A DNA stretch of 64,000 bases, from contig NC_043012.1 in NCBI RefSeq assembly GCF_006345805.1, forward strand, positions 23,250,001-23,314,000, written 5' to 3'. The stretch comes from Octopus sinensis. Its lineage: Eukaryota. Shown one piece after another: positions 25,401 to 38,790 of the stretch. Position numbers and translations under genes: made by a program. Every line of letters begins with the position of its first letter. Position 1 is the first letter of the stretch. The notes below the pieces were generated by a model. That model had not been told where the DNA came from and ran no database searches. It was given only the letters and a program-made list of their open reading frames with translations.

Positions 25401-26280
25401 GCATAGTATATATAATAATGTGAAGTATATTTTGCATATTAAAATGTTTCATTTTGGAAATGTATCAAGCAGAGCTAAAATAAGCAGTAAAAATACAAAT
25501 TGCAAGTATTTCAAAATGTTGGACACTACATGACAAAAACTAACAAAACAAAAAAAAGTAAGAAAATAGAGGTGCTTGTGTTCCAAAGGTACAATGAGAA
25601 GGCTCAGGAGAAGGATAGAGAGATGGGGTAGAGGGAAGGAAGTTAGAAGGAAAGAAAAGAATGAAAAGTGAAAAGATAAACTGGGGATCTGAAATGAGTA
25701 CTAGGCAGGAAATTGGCTCCTGTTCTGGTGGCACATAAAAACAGCATCCACTACACTCTCAGAGTGGTTGGCGTTAGGAAGGGCATCCTACGGTAGAAAC
25801 ACTGCCAGATCAGACTGGAGCCTGGTGTAGCCTCCTGGTTTCCCAGGCCCCAGTCGAACTATTCAACCTATTCCAGCATGGAAAAAGGACATTAAACAAT
25901 GATGTCTTACCTATGCATTGGTCAAGTAGAAAAACGATGAGTGATAAAAAAATTGGATTGTCTTTTGGTACCAAAAAAGTGAAGAAAGAGAGTGGAGAAG
26001 GTTAGGGAAGAGCAAGTAGGAAGAAAGAGAGAGTGCGGAGAAATAAGGGAATAAAGATAGACAGTAGGTAGTTGTCAGAGATGGACAGAGGAAGAAATGG
26101 AAGGCAGTAAAGAGAGAAAAGCAGCAGATAGGTAGAGAGGTTAAAAAAGGGGAGAGGAGAAGGACCAAATATTGAACACTGTGTAGGTACCACTGAGTGA
26201 GAACAGAAGTGAGTGTGTGACATTACATTGACTAACAGCCATTAAATGTTGCACAGAAAGTCAACACACACACATATATA

Positions 26281-27560
26281 ATTATGAAGGAAATGTATAC
26301 AGTGCTCAGGTGCACTACAACTAAAAAGAAAAAAAATGGCCATCAGGTGTACTGTTGGTGGATTTCAAGACACACAGAATTTTTGAAGGATGTAGTGTCT
26401 TGACAGCTAACAACTGATGCAGGTGGTTTATTCCATGCTTCTGCAATTCTGACCATGAAAAATTGTTTCCGAAAGTCATGGGTGCTGTGTTGTATTTTGA
26501 TTTTATAAACATGTTCGTGAGTGTTTGTCGTATGGAATTCAAAAAGGTACCCAAGGTTGTTGTTGGAAATATGGTGGATAATCTTGTGGGTGTCAATCAA
26601 GTCAGTTGCCAGACGTCTGGGCTTCAATGATCCATGCCCAGGAATGCAAGACGTTCAGAGTATGGTAGATGTCTGACGGTGAGTATTCACTTTGTTGCAC
26701 ATTTCTGAACAGTTTCCAGGAGATTTATATGCTGAGCAAGAGAGGGGTTCTAGACTGGTGATGCAAATTCCAAGTGTGGACATACCATTGTCGTATACAA
26801 TTTTAAATATATAGCTGGAGAGTGGCTGACAAAGGTCTTACTGAGTGATGCTAGCAGCCCCTCAGGCCTTTTGACAATCTTAGATCTGTGGTTTGTCCAA
26901 TGCAGATTGTTGTTTACAATAATAACCAGATCATGTCCACTAGAAGACTTCTTGAGATTGGTGTTGCTGAGGGAGTATGTAAAGGTTGGATTTTCCTCCC
27001 AAAATGCATGGTGACATGCATGTGTACAGTTAGCTTGAGTTGCCAGTCAGAGGTCCACTGCTGCATTGTATCCAGGTCTGATTGCAGGATAGGATCTGTT
27101 CTTTTTATTTCAAGGTACAGCTTGGTGTCATCTGCATATTTCAGCACTGAAACATTCCTCAAATTGGCACCTATATCATTAATATATGCAACCAACAGTA
27201 AGAGTCCAAGAACAGATCCCTGTGGTACACCAAAAGTAATCTTGTAGGCTGAAGAACGATGTCCTAGAACTGTAACTACATCTTTCCGGACAAGAATGAA
27301 GGACTTCAGCTAGTTATAGAGATCGTCCTTCACACTCACTGCAGGGATATTTACCACGAGTCGTTTGTGTGGTACAGAGTTGAAGGCTTTAGCAAAATCA
27401 GGGTTGACAGTATCCACCCATGAGCCACCATCAATAACTCAGGTTATGTCCTCAAGAAACTCAACTACAGCAGCTGGAGTTGGGGATAAAACCAAATAGT
27501 GAGGGCTAAATAAGGCTTTGAGAGCACCAAAAGTTCCAGAGTGTTTCCTGAGTGTTCTTT
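26281..27560 (-). mobile_element. 5'-truncated CR1-like LINE (reverse transcriptase pseudogene)
   Basis: DFAKAFNSVPH, GVPQGSVLGLLL, YINDI, KYADDTKLY, LQSDLD..QQW..DWQL and downstream CPHLEFASPV, YSERL; multiple stops and frameshifts. Confidence 0.92.
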
Positions 27561-29336
27561 GTTTTTGCTTTGAAACAAAATCTAGCCTCAAGCATTTTAT
27601 ACAGATAATTTTTTAGACACTATTTTCTGAAACTGGTAAAATTATGTAGGGGGTGCCAATTTTGATCTTGCACCACCTGAAAATTTCAAGGGGTGCAGGT
27701 GGTACCCGCTGCACCCCCTGTTCCTGGGCCCTTGATTAAAAGGTATATAATATTACACTAATTTATTCATCATTGTCATCATATTTTTAACATCTCTTTC
27801 CCATGTTTGCACAGGATAAAGTTGGTTGTGGAAGATTTTCTAAAACTGGATGCTCTTCCAGATGTCAACCTGTTTCCATTGTCAGATACGATTTAGACAG
27901 AATTTTGGAAATGACACTACTTGTATGCCAGAGACAATCATTTACAGTTATCACATGATGTTAAGACAAGAAGATGCATATACACAGGGAAGGCATTTTG
28001 ATGTTAGGAAAGTCATTTTGGCATTAGGAAGGGCACCCGGCCACGAAAACCATGTCAAAATAGACAATGAAGCCTGGTACAGTCTCCAGGCTTGCCAGCT
28101 CCAGTCAAACCATCCAACCCATGCCAGCATGAAAAGTAGATGTTTGATGATGATAATGATGATATATGGCCCAAAGGGCTCTTTTCAGAGTCCATCTACC
28201 AAATCCGCTGACAAGGCATTAGTAAAGCTCTACTTATGTAGAAATTCCTTGTGACATGGGATGTATTTTAGGGATTTCCTAAGAGTAAAATTGTTGGGAA
28301 TTGGAAATAATACATTTCTAAATCTTTCAAAGATTATTTCTTTTATCAAAAATCAGTGAATGTATTTCACTTGAAACATGTTTTTTCAAAGGCGGATAGG
28401 CATTGACAGCTAGCAAGCCATGCTACTACAGACTGATGACGAGCAATGACTCTGAAATTAGTCTCTGGTTGCTGGCTTTGCTGGGTGGAGGTGATTGTCT
28501 CCACTTTGAAAACATAAGGACACAGGAAATGTGTCAAGTCCAACAGGAAACAGTGTTTCCTAGGGCTAAATAACAGTAGCATTCTTCCCTTTCATGGGAC
28601 TGTCACATTAAGTTGACAACATACTATCACTTTGGTTGGGAATTGTTTGCTGATATAAAGGGGCTATCTTGTTAGTCTGTGACCCATTGTTGATGGTTGT
28701 TGTTTAACCCCAGGTCATCCCTGAATGTACAAACCAACAATCATGAATTTTCCACTCATGTCTGCAGTCAGCTTTTCTTTTCATTTTTTTTTACCTTTCT
28801 AGAAATAGTGTGTCAAAGACTAGATTCCTCAACATAGTTTCCCAATTTTTTTTTTTAAGATTGTAGAATGTGTGTCGAGGAGAGATTTGGTTGTTATTTC
28901 TAGCAGATCAAATGATCCATTCTCCCCCCCCCCATCCTTCTTAATATATAGAAGCTCCTCCAGCTTATTATTTTGAAACATTAGGTTTGTAAAGCTGCAA
29001 TCAAAAAGAGAGAAAATTGTATTTTATAAACACTGAAAATATTGACATGAAACAAGATAATAGAGGGATAGTGGTAGGGGGAGGGGAGGGGGAGAAGGCA
29101 CAAGAAATAAGGGGATGTATAAGGGGAATAGGGAGAGGAGTGAAAATAAAAGGTGTAAGTGGAAACAAAGTATTGATATGTGTATATATATCTATCTATC
29201 TGTATGTATGTATGTATGTATGTATGTATGTATGTACGTATGTACGTACGTACGTACGTACGTACGTATGTATGTATCTATCTATCTATATATATATAGA
29301 TACATATAGATAGATAGATATACACATATCAATACT

Positions 29337-29383
<47 letters not shown>

Positions 29384-29639
29384 AATAAGGATAATATCGA
29401 TATTATCAAGTGGCCAGCATGGGAAAAATACCATACAAAGGTAATTTTTTTACAACTAAAAATAAGGGTGTCTGAGAGACACCACCATGCCGAAATAGCA
29501 GTCAAAACCCTCTATATAAACACATATATATATATAAGAGAGAGAGAGATGATGATGTATGTATGTATATATGCATGTATGTGTGCGTGTGTGTGTGTGT
29601 TGAAATAGTTTAGAGAGAGGCGAATGGTTTAAACTGATA

Positions 29640-30583
29640 TTGTGTACAGAGGTAGGTTTATCAGGCAACATTTCAAACACCTGTGACGTCGTGACAGTTT
29701 TGCTACCCAGCATTCCCGGACCACTTCCTTCTGCAGCTCACGACTAGATCTGTGCCATATCTGTTAGAAAAACGTTTTAAAAAAAATAGGCCAGCAGCAG
29801 CCCACCACAACTGGAATCTGGAATCTGTCTGCCAGTCGAGTCGGTCGTTTGTCGATCATGGCTAGATAGATAGATAGATAGATGATGATAGCAGCTTGCT
29901 TTGTTGATCGGATAGATAGATAGAAAGATAGACGAACAAACAGTCAAACGAACGGGAACTAATCAACTGTCCTCCCCGCCCACTAGAAAGAGGGGAAAAG
30001 AAAAGACACAGAGAAAGGATTATTATTATTATTATTATTATTATCATTATATACAGCTAGCTGATTTCGATCGTATTTTTGAAACATGTACGAACGAGTA
30101 TACGTATGTTCATACGCAACACACATGTGCAAGATGTATATAAGATATGTATAAATATTCCACAACTATAAATGTTAAAATAGAGCGCTTCTCATCACAT
30201 CGACAGACCATTTATTTACCAAATTTCCGAGTGGACTTTAATGTAACCCCTTTTTACAAAATCATTTGGACAGGTATATCGCTCATTATACATATACTCT
30301 TTCTCCTCGCGTATATATATATATGTGTATGTATGTACAGATAATTTGAACTGGCTGCGTTAAAAACAAGCGCTCTCGCGCATGTGTGTGTGTGAGTGAG
30401 TGGCTTGCATGTGCGTGTTGATATATATATATATACACATCTATATTGTAATATAGTACATATATATATATATATATATATACATCTGTACTGTAATATA
30501 GTGTATATATATATATATATATACATCTATATTGTAATATAGTACATTATATATATATATATACACATCTATACTGTAATATA

Positions 30584-30640
<57 letters not shown>

Positions 30641-30868
30641 TATACATCTATACTGTAATATAGTATATATATATATATATATATTATACATCTATACTGT
30701 AATATAGTACATATATATATGTATACATCTATACTGTAATATAGTACATATATATATATATATACATCTATACTGTAATATAGTACATATATATATACAT
30801 CTATACTGTAATATAGTACATATATATATATATATATCTATACTGTAAAATAGTACATATATATATAT

Positions 30869-30917
<49 letters not shown>

Positions 30918-32500
30918 TATACTGTAATATAGTACGTATATATATATACAGATTTATTTATATTGATGCACACACACACAGATGTTTAAAAATATATAAC
31001 AGTTGTTCATATCACAACAACATTTAAATGATCTGTAGATGTACAGACGAACGAGAGAGTTTGATCGATCGGATTATAAGATTATTTTTTTTCACATCAT
31101 TTTTTTTTTTTTTTTATAGGTCGGTTACTACAAACTATATATATATACATAAACGTGTGGTAAAAAAAAAAAAAATTATTTTCTGTAAATTTCTAAAAAA
31201 TATGAGTGAGCAGAGCAGATATAAGTAAACAAGACGGAGAGAAGAATGAATGAGAGACGATAAAGGTTCACAACTAGATGGGGTTTTTTTTTTTTTTGGT
31301 CTTTTCATAGCAGTAAGCAGAACAGATCTGGATATGTATTATTAATTAGACTGCTAAATCCCGTATTATAAGAAGCGAAAGACGAAACGACCCGGATCAT
31401 CGAGTAGATAGATAGATCTGTTGAAGAATTGGTCGAATGGACTTTACACACGAATTAAGTGGATGAATACAAATAGAGAGAGAGACAGAGAGAAAAGTTT
31501 CAGTGTTGTATTGGAAATGATTTTAAAATTTCCTTATTGAAGAAATTTATTAATTTTTTTTTTTCCATGGGAACATCTTGTGTGTGTGTGTGTGTATCAG
31601 ATGTTGAAAGTAAAAACGCGGAAAAAATTATTAATTTACATGCAACCACGTTAATTATATCATTTCACCCTCAGGTTCTCTTACCGAGTGTTTTATATAT
31701 ATATATATATTACGGGCATATATACTTGCTATCTCATGTTTATTTTAAATGATTGTTATTATTTTATTATTATTATTATTAATATTGTCACTACTATTTG
31801 TTTCTTTTAGATGTATATAAATACAGGCAAAGAGAGTTTTTTTTTTTTTCTTTTTTCCTTTTGTAAGATGTACGTAACTTTTAGAATTTAGTTCCAGATT
31901 CTCTGCTATAGTTGTTTAATAAGCTTAGGGTGTGGAATTACGCGAATCTGGTATGTGGACGTGTGGTATGTGTCTATATATGAATAAATGGGAAAGAATA
32001 AGAGAGATTTTACACAGAGAGAGAGAGAGAGAGAAAGGAAGAAAAAAGCGAGCGGAAGTAGATAGATTATAGAAGCAGAGATCTCCAGATCTGTAAACTG
32101 ACTCACAGATCCACTTGCTCTCTATGTATCTGGTTGGCAGTCAGTCAGATAATAATACTTACTGCTGCCTCTAAGGCAGCTTGCTTATTTCACTTGTTCT
32201 GTATTTTCTGTTGTTATTTTATTCACTTTTAAAGCATTCACACACGAAAAAATAATATAAATAAATAAATACATATATAAAAAATCAACTTTGAAATTAT
32301 AATTAGAGGATACACCTTCCCCGAAACCAAACACACAGCGTACCGCTTTATAGTTATTTAAGATTCTTTCTACATTATTTTTTTCTTTTTCTTTTTCAAA
32401 TTACGATTCTTTTAGGACGTCTGGAGTTGACACCATCTTGAAAGTTAACGGCCATGCGTGAGCATCACAGTGTGAAATACTATTGCTGATGGTTTTTTCC
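29640..32500. promoter_or_regulatory. CpG-enriched candidate promoter/5' region of the BEN gene
   Basis: Visibly more CpG in unique sequence than in the rest of the window; CRE-like TGACGTCG (~29684); ETS-like CACTTCC (~29722) and CGGAAGT (~32053); few recognisable SINEs; 3-6 kb upstream of the ATG exon. Confidence 0.5.
30438..30940. repeat. Minisatellite: ~11 copies of catctatactgtaatatagta separated by variable (TA)n
   Basis: Cores at ~30438, 30483, 30524, 30566, 30645, 30689, 30726, 30765, 30798, 30835 and 30914. Confidence 0.9.
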
Positions 32501-32604
32501 CAGTTGTACAGCTGTTCTGATCTTTGCTTAGACTGTAAAAATTAAATGCTTTCTAAGGCTACCACCACCACCATTACCACAACAACAACAATAATAATAA
32601 TAAT

Positions 32605-32639
<35 letters not shown>

Positions 32640-32663
32640 ATAATAATAATAATAATAATAATA

Positions 32664-32705
<42 letters not shown>

Positions 32706-34584
32706 ATAATAATAATAAGGCGGCGAGCTGGCAGAATCGTTAAGCATGTGGCATTTCACTTGTCTTTGTGTTCTGAGTTCAAATGCTGCCGGCGTCAACT
32801 TTGCCTTTCATCCTTTCGGGTTCGATAAAATAAATACCATTTGAGTCCTGGGGGGGTTGATGTAATCGACTAGCCCCCCCCCCTCCCCCCAAATTTCAGG
32901 CCTTGTGCCTATAGAAAAAATGAATTATTATTATTATTATTTAAGGTATGAGGTGGAGGAATTGTTACTGCACCAGGCGCCAAACGCTTAGTGACATTCA
33001 GTCTGTCTTTATGTTCTGAGTTCAAATTTTGCTAAGGCCTTTCATCCTTCCAGGGTCAATAAAATAAGTACCAGTTAAACACTGGGGTCAATGTAATCGA
33101 TTAGTCCCCCTCCCCAAAATTCCAGGCCTTGTGCCTATAGTAGAAAGGATTATTATTATTATTATTATTATTAGTAGTAGTAGTAGTATTGCTGCTGCTA
33201 CTACTAATTAATACATATGGAATTGGTACAATATTTTATTACTGATTCCACTAGTGTATAGTAGAAGCATGAAATGAAGCAACATGCTGTTTGAGGAAGG
33301 TTTATAAAACTAAGTTTGAAGTTGGTCCTAAATAGCCATTTGGTAACTATGCAAGATCCTCTGCGGAGAGAGGAGACACTTTTAAGAAATCATGAGTTTA
33401 TATTTTGTTTGACATACTTACCTATATATGCCTGTGTTTTATATGTATATGCATGTGTGTAAAATCATGCACACACACACAGAGGTACAATACTGACTTT
33501 CTGGACACTAATGGTCAGGAACTTATAATCTGCACCAGTTTACAAGCAGGGAATTCAAATTCTCACAGCCACCAAACTAGCTTACTCGTACTTTGCACAG
33601 ACTAGTAACTTGCACAGTACAGTATTAATAAGCTTGTATCATTTATACTAATGTAGAGGTTTTACATTTAAGTATTTAAGTAAATTTAATATTTCTTTAA
33701 TTTTAGAGTGTGTTGACCAAGGAGACCACCCCTGGTTTGAAAAAAATTAATAATCTCAAAAAGGTTTTGGAGCTAAAGGTTCTGGAAAATTGATGTGGTA
33801 CCTGTGGTTCTGGAAATTGGTGTGTGTATGTGTGTGTGTATATATTTAATTTGATTGTACAAGCATTAATTTTTTTTAATACAGAATCACTGGTATTTTA
33901 CTTGCGGTTCTAGAGATTGGTTTAAGCTCTCATGAAAGTAAAATATTTTTATCATATTTGATTTAACGCCTTATTGTTTAAACAAGCCTTATCCAGCCGA
34001 AATATTGTACCTGCTCTCTGTTCAAACTGACCAGATCTAGTCCCTCACACATACCCTACAATGTTATTCTAAAAATAAACAAGCACATCACTGAAATATT
34101 GAAGCTAAGAGATAATGCATGGTTAATTCAAAGCAATGTAAATAAATATTAGATTTGACAGAATCAAGTGAATGTTAATGGCTTAACTTGAAAGTAAAAC
34201 TATTCTGCTTCAATATGAAATTGGATATTAATCTTTTGTTTATTTTGTTTTAAAGTCCATGTATTCAGGGAATACATCAACTTGATATCAACAAGCTGAA
34301 CCCTTTATCTGCATAATTAAATTTCACGGTCATTCCCTTAATGATGTTAATTATCCAACAAAACATGTAATTGATGTTTTCTGCAATGCCTTTTCAGTAA
34401 CTCTTTTAAATCACAGTTTTCATATGAACCACTAAAAGTATTTGATTCTTAGTAATATAAAAAGATATTTGATGAGATATGAAGAAAAAAAAAAAATTAG
34501 AAAATCTGAAAAAAATGTCTTTTGTAAAGAGTGTCACTGGAGCTATCTCCGCTTCTTGCAGCATAGTTTCTTTTTTTCCCGTTA

Positions 34585-34920
34585 GTGCTGCCTGACTGGC
34601 TCCCGTGCCAGTGGCACATAAAAAGCACCATTCGAGCATGGTGGATGCCAGTACTGCCTGACTGGTTCCCATGCTGGTGACATGTAAAAAATACCATTTG
34701 AGCATGGTTGATGCCAGTGCCACCTGACTGGCCCCTGTGCTGGTGGCACGTAAAAAGCACCCACTACAATCTTGGAGTGGTTGGCATTAGGAAGGGCATC
34801 CAGCTGTAGAAACCTTGCCAGATCAGATTGGAGCCTGGTGCAGCTTTCTGGCTTGCCAGTCCTCTGTCAAAAAGTCCAACCCATGCCAGAATGGAAAGTG
34901 GACATTAAATGATGATGATT
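34585..34920 (+). mobile_element. Retroposon 3' portion, family D (taaaaagcacc repeats + ggcattaggaagggcatccagctgtagaaac...(gat)n tail)
   Basis: Same tail at ~25730-25900, 46570-46895 (-), 50246-50395, 51023-51155 (-), 59353-59490 (-) and 62200-62390 (-). Confidence 0.8.
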
Positions 34921-35831
34921 ATGATTGAGTTTAAACCACTTTTTGCAGTTAACATCACTATAATTCTGGGTAGATATATCCACTTTCCACATTCAAAAGG
35001 TCAAGGAATATAAATTCAGTTTGTGTGTGTTCTGTTAAATATATAATTAATTAACATTTAGGATTGTCTTTTATCAACTGTAATGGTAGAACCATGTTTG
35101 TTTCTTTGGTATTTTATTTCATTGGCCCCTGAAAGAATGAAAGGCAAGGTTGACATCAGCACAATTTGAACTCAGAGTACAAAGGGGTGTAACAAAATAC
35201 TGCAAAGTAGTTTGTATGAAAATTTAATGTTTCTGTTAAAATCCTTAATTAAGTGCTTGAGCTTTTTAGCTTAGCATATGGGTGAGGTATATAGTCAATT
35301 GTATCAACATCAGTACTTTTTGATACTTTATTTCATTGACCCTCACTGGAAAAATAAAAAGCAAAGTTGATATTAGCATGGCTTGCATATTTCACAGGTT
35401 TGCTAGATCTGCAAATCCTTGGCTGTATTTTCTTAAGCTATATTTATTTACTTCCACAAACCTTACTGAGAGTAGATATAATTTAGGCTAATAATTTGAG
35501 AGAGAAAATAAAGCTAAAGCAAGCTAGTTAAGGTATTTTATTCCGACCTGTATTAAGATTTAACTCTTGAATGTAGCAATTAACCACAGAGCCAGTACAG
35601 GTGTACCAGCTTGATTTAAAAAAAAAAAAAAAATTTATCTTCTGGTGATAAGATATTAAAAGCTAGGATTTTATAGCTATGCTATCAGCAGAAGTTGTGG
35701 TTAATTCAGGACCATAAATATAGTCTACACCAGTTAATTTGAAACATTTGTTGTGTGACGGATAATATTTTAGAAAACTGTTTCATTTGCCACTCTTTAT
35801 TGCTTCTGTTCCTCTCTGTCTCTTTCAGGAA

Positions 35832-35912
35832 ATGGACAGTTTGAAGGTAAATCCATGCTGCATTGAAGTTTTAGAACAAGTGTTGGCCATTCTCAAGAAA
35901 CATGTTTCCAAC
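35832..35912 (+). CDS. BEN-domain gene, coding exon 1 (MDSLKVNPCCIEVLEQVLAILKKHVSN)
   Basis: Pyrimidine tract and tctttcag acceptor ending 35828; ATG at 35832; donor AAC|gtaagt at 35913; phase 0, matching the next exon. Upstream exon(s) must exist because this exon starts at an acceptor. Confidence 0.8.
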
Positions 35913-37069
35913 GTAAGTTTTTATTATGGAGCTTCTATTGGACTGAAGAATTTTTTATTAGTGTATTTAGCCTTCATTAGTAACTAGTTCAAAAGAAATG
36001 TTTATAAAAAAAAAAAGAAACAAAAAAAAAACGGGAAATGGCTGAGAACAGAAAAAAAAAAAGAAAAGGAAAATGAAATAAAACATCAGACTTTCTCTTT
36101 TTTTTTTAACGTTTCTGCATCACACGTATTAAGATAGTGAATTAGTGTCATCTGAACGTATGCGAATGTATTGCAGTTATCGTCTACCCAAGTATATATT
36201 TATGTAAATATGTTCTGACTGTCAATTGGCACTGGGAACAACTAGTTTTCATCAGATCACTGATGTGAAGCAACATAGTGCCGAGCTGATCGGTAGATGG
36301 GTTTCCATTTAGAAAAACCATTCTCTGTGAGTTGTAGATAACAAATTTCAGCTTGAATATACTCAATCTGCTTGTCAGTGTCATAAAATATTAGAGAAAT
36401 ACCTACATGCCCTTTAACGTGACTTGTTGCCAAGCTGGTATTTAGATGGATATCTAACTTGTAAAACTTGTATAGTATGCAAAAAAAGATCATGTTTAAA
36501 CATAATGAAGATATAATCTTTTTCCCATTAAGCTATGAAAACTGTCTCAAAGCATGAAAAAAAAAAATATTATGTGAATATCCCTTCAGGTAGAGTAATG
36601 GGCAGAAATATAAATGAATATCATCAACACCATTTTAGTGTCCACATGCTTGCATGGGTTCAACCGAATTTGTTGAGGTGGATGTTTTATGGTTGGATGC
36701 CTTTCCTGCTGCCAACCCCTTACTTCTTTCCAAGTAAGGCAATGTTTCCTAATGGCCAGATGTAATTTCACGGAAGATTAGAAAGAAAGGGTACTGGTTG
36801 CATGGCAGTGTAAATTGCATACAGCTAGCATAGCAGGCGATGATGTCAAGGCAAGGAAACAGTGATGCACACACACACATACACACACGTAGGTATATGA
36901 CCAAACAGATTCCAAAGAGGCTGGCGTTGGTCTACATCGACAGGACTTAGATTATACTGTAAAATCAATGAAAAGAGAAGAATGAGCTTTTAGCGATTCG
37001 GACAGAGTCACTTCTTCAGGGAAAACTTGGAAGGAGAGAAATTAATGAGAGACAGCAGTGTTTTATGTC

Positions 37070-37119
<50 letters not shown>

Positions 37120-37153
37120 ACTTACATAAGGCCAACGAGGGTACGGACGCCAC

Positions 37154-37395
37154 TATATATATTATATGTAGAAAAATACAAACTGGGACAAGAAGTAAAA
37201 CATTTAGAAGACGATACAAAAAACACGGACGGGACATTCGAAGCCTTCAAGATTAATCAGCCGAAATGGCTAGGATGATCCGGTTCTTGACTGAAGATTG
37301 AAGGCTTCGAATGTCCCGTCCATGTTTTTTGTATCGTCTTCTAAATGTTTTACGTTCTCGTCCCAGTTTGTATTTTTCTACATATAATATATATA
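37154..37395. mobile_element. Fold-back Penelope-like terminal repeat (arms ~95 bp) holding a 5'-truncated copy of the rearranged hammerhead
   Basis: 37154-37250 is nearly the reverse complement of 37298-37395; 37247-37301 matches the minus strand of 613-667. Confidence 0.75.
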
Positions 37396-37703
37396 TATAT
37401 ATTATATATATATATAACGGGAAGCTTTATGAAAATAAACAAAAGACGAAGGCAGGTGGAAAACAAACGAACAATTGTATTAGTATGGCGCTCAGGAAAT
37501 ATAAATAAAACAAGTCTTATATATATATATATATATCCATCATCATCATTTAACATCTGCCTTCCATGCTGGCATGGGTTGGATGGTTTGACAGGAGCCG
37601 ACCAGGTAGAAAACTACACCAAATTACTGTCTGCTTTGGCATGGATTTTGTGGCTGGATGCCCTTCCTAACATCAACCATCCTACAGAGTGGTGTAAGTG
37701 CTT

Positions 37704-37736
<33 letters not shown>

Positions 37737-38393
37737 GAAGTGCAAGTATAGCTGTGTGGTCAGAAGCTTAACTTCCCAATCACATGGTTCTGGGTTCAGT
37801 CCTACTAAACTCAGAACCATGAGATCAAGTGTCTTCTATAGCTTTGGGCTGACCAAAACCTTGGAAGTGGATTTATTAAATGTAAACTGAAAGAAGCCTA
37901 TCATATATATATATGTGTGTGTATGTGTCTGTGTTTATGCCTCTGTAGCTTAATGGTTCTGCAAAAAGTGACTGACAGAATAAGTACCAGGCTTAAGAAA
38001 AAATCTAGGTACTGGGATTGAGTAATTTGACCAAAAGTTCTTTCTAGGCAGTGCCCCACCATGGCCACCATCTGGTAAATGAAATAAGTAAAAAAAGATT
38101 TAGTTTGAAAAATGCCGAGTTGGCTGAAGCGTTAAAAGTGTCAGTAATTATTCCAGTTCTTTTTATTCCAAGTTCCACTCCTGTCGAGCTTAAACTTTTA
38201 CTTTGCAATGTTTTAGTGGCATGGTGGAGGTAGGGTGGGGGGTAATAAATAAAGTTCACTCACAAGGTATTAGTCGACTCACAGTACTAGTAGAAGATGC
38301 TTACCCAAGGTGCCACACACTGGGATTGAAACTAAAACCACACGCTTGCAAAGTGAGCTTCTTAACCAAACAGTAAATGCCTGTACCTAGAAC

Positions 38394-38790
38394 TCTCTTT
38401 ACTCTTTTACTTGTTTCAGTCATTTGACTGCGGCCATGCTGGAGCACCACCTTTAATCGAGCAACTCGATCCTGGGACTTATTCTTTGTAAGCCCAGTAC
38501 TTATTTTATTGGTTTATGTTGCCGAACCGCTAAGTGACAGGGACATAAACACACCAGCATCGGTTGTCAAGCAATGCTAGGGGGACAAACACAAACATAC
38601 ACGCACACAGACATATACATATATATACATATATACGAGGGGCTTCTTTCAGTTTCCGTCTACCAAATCCACTCGCAAGGTTTTGGTCGGCCCGAGGCTA
38701 TAGTAGAAGACAGTTGCCCAAGGTGCCACGCAGTGGGACTGAACCTGGAACCATATGGTTGGTAAACAAGCTACTTACCACACAGCCACG
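38394..38790 (-). mobile_element. SINE family B
   Basis: Reverse complement of 11753-12160. Confidence 0.88.

Noticed and set aside
30438-30940. CRISPR array
   Set aside because: Spacers are only (TA)n, there are no cas genes and the context is eukaryotic; kept as a minisatellite.
32570-32720. Alternating (AAT)n/(ATT)n quasi-palindrome
   Set aside because: Ordinary trinucleotide microsatellite next to SINE insertions.
36184-36493. Overlapping minus-strand ORFs in unique intronic sequence
   Set aside because: Short, no recognisable motif and no consistent splice boundaries.
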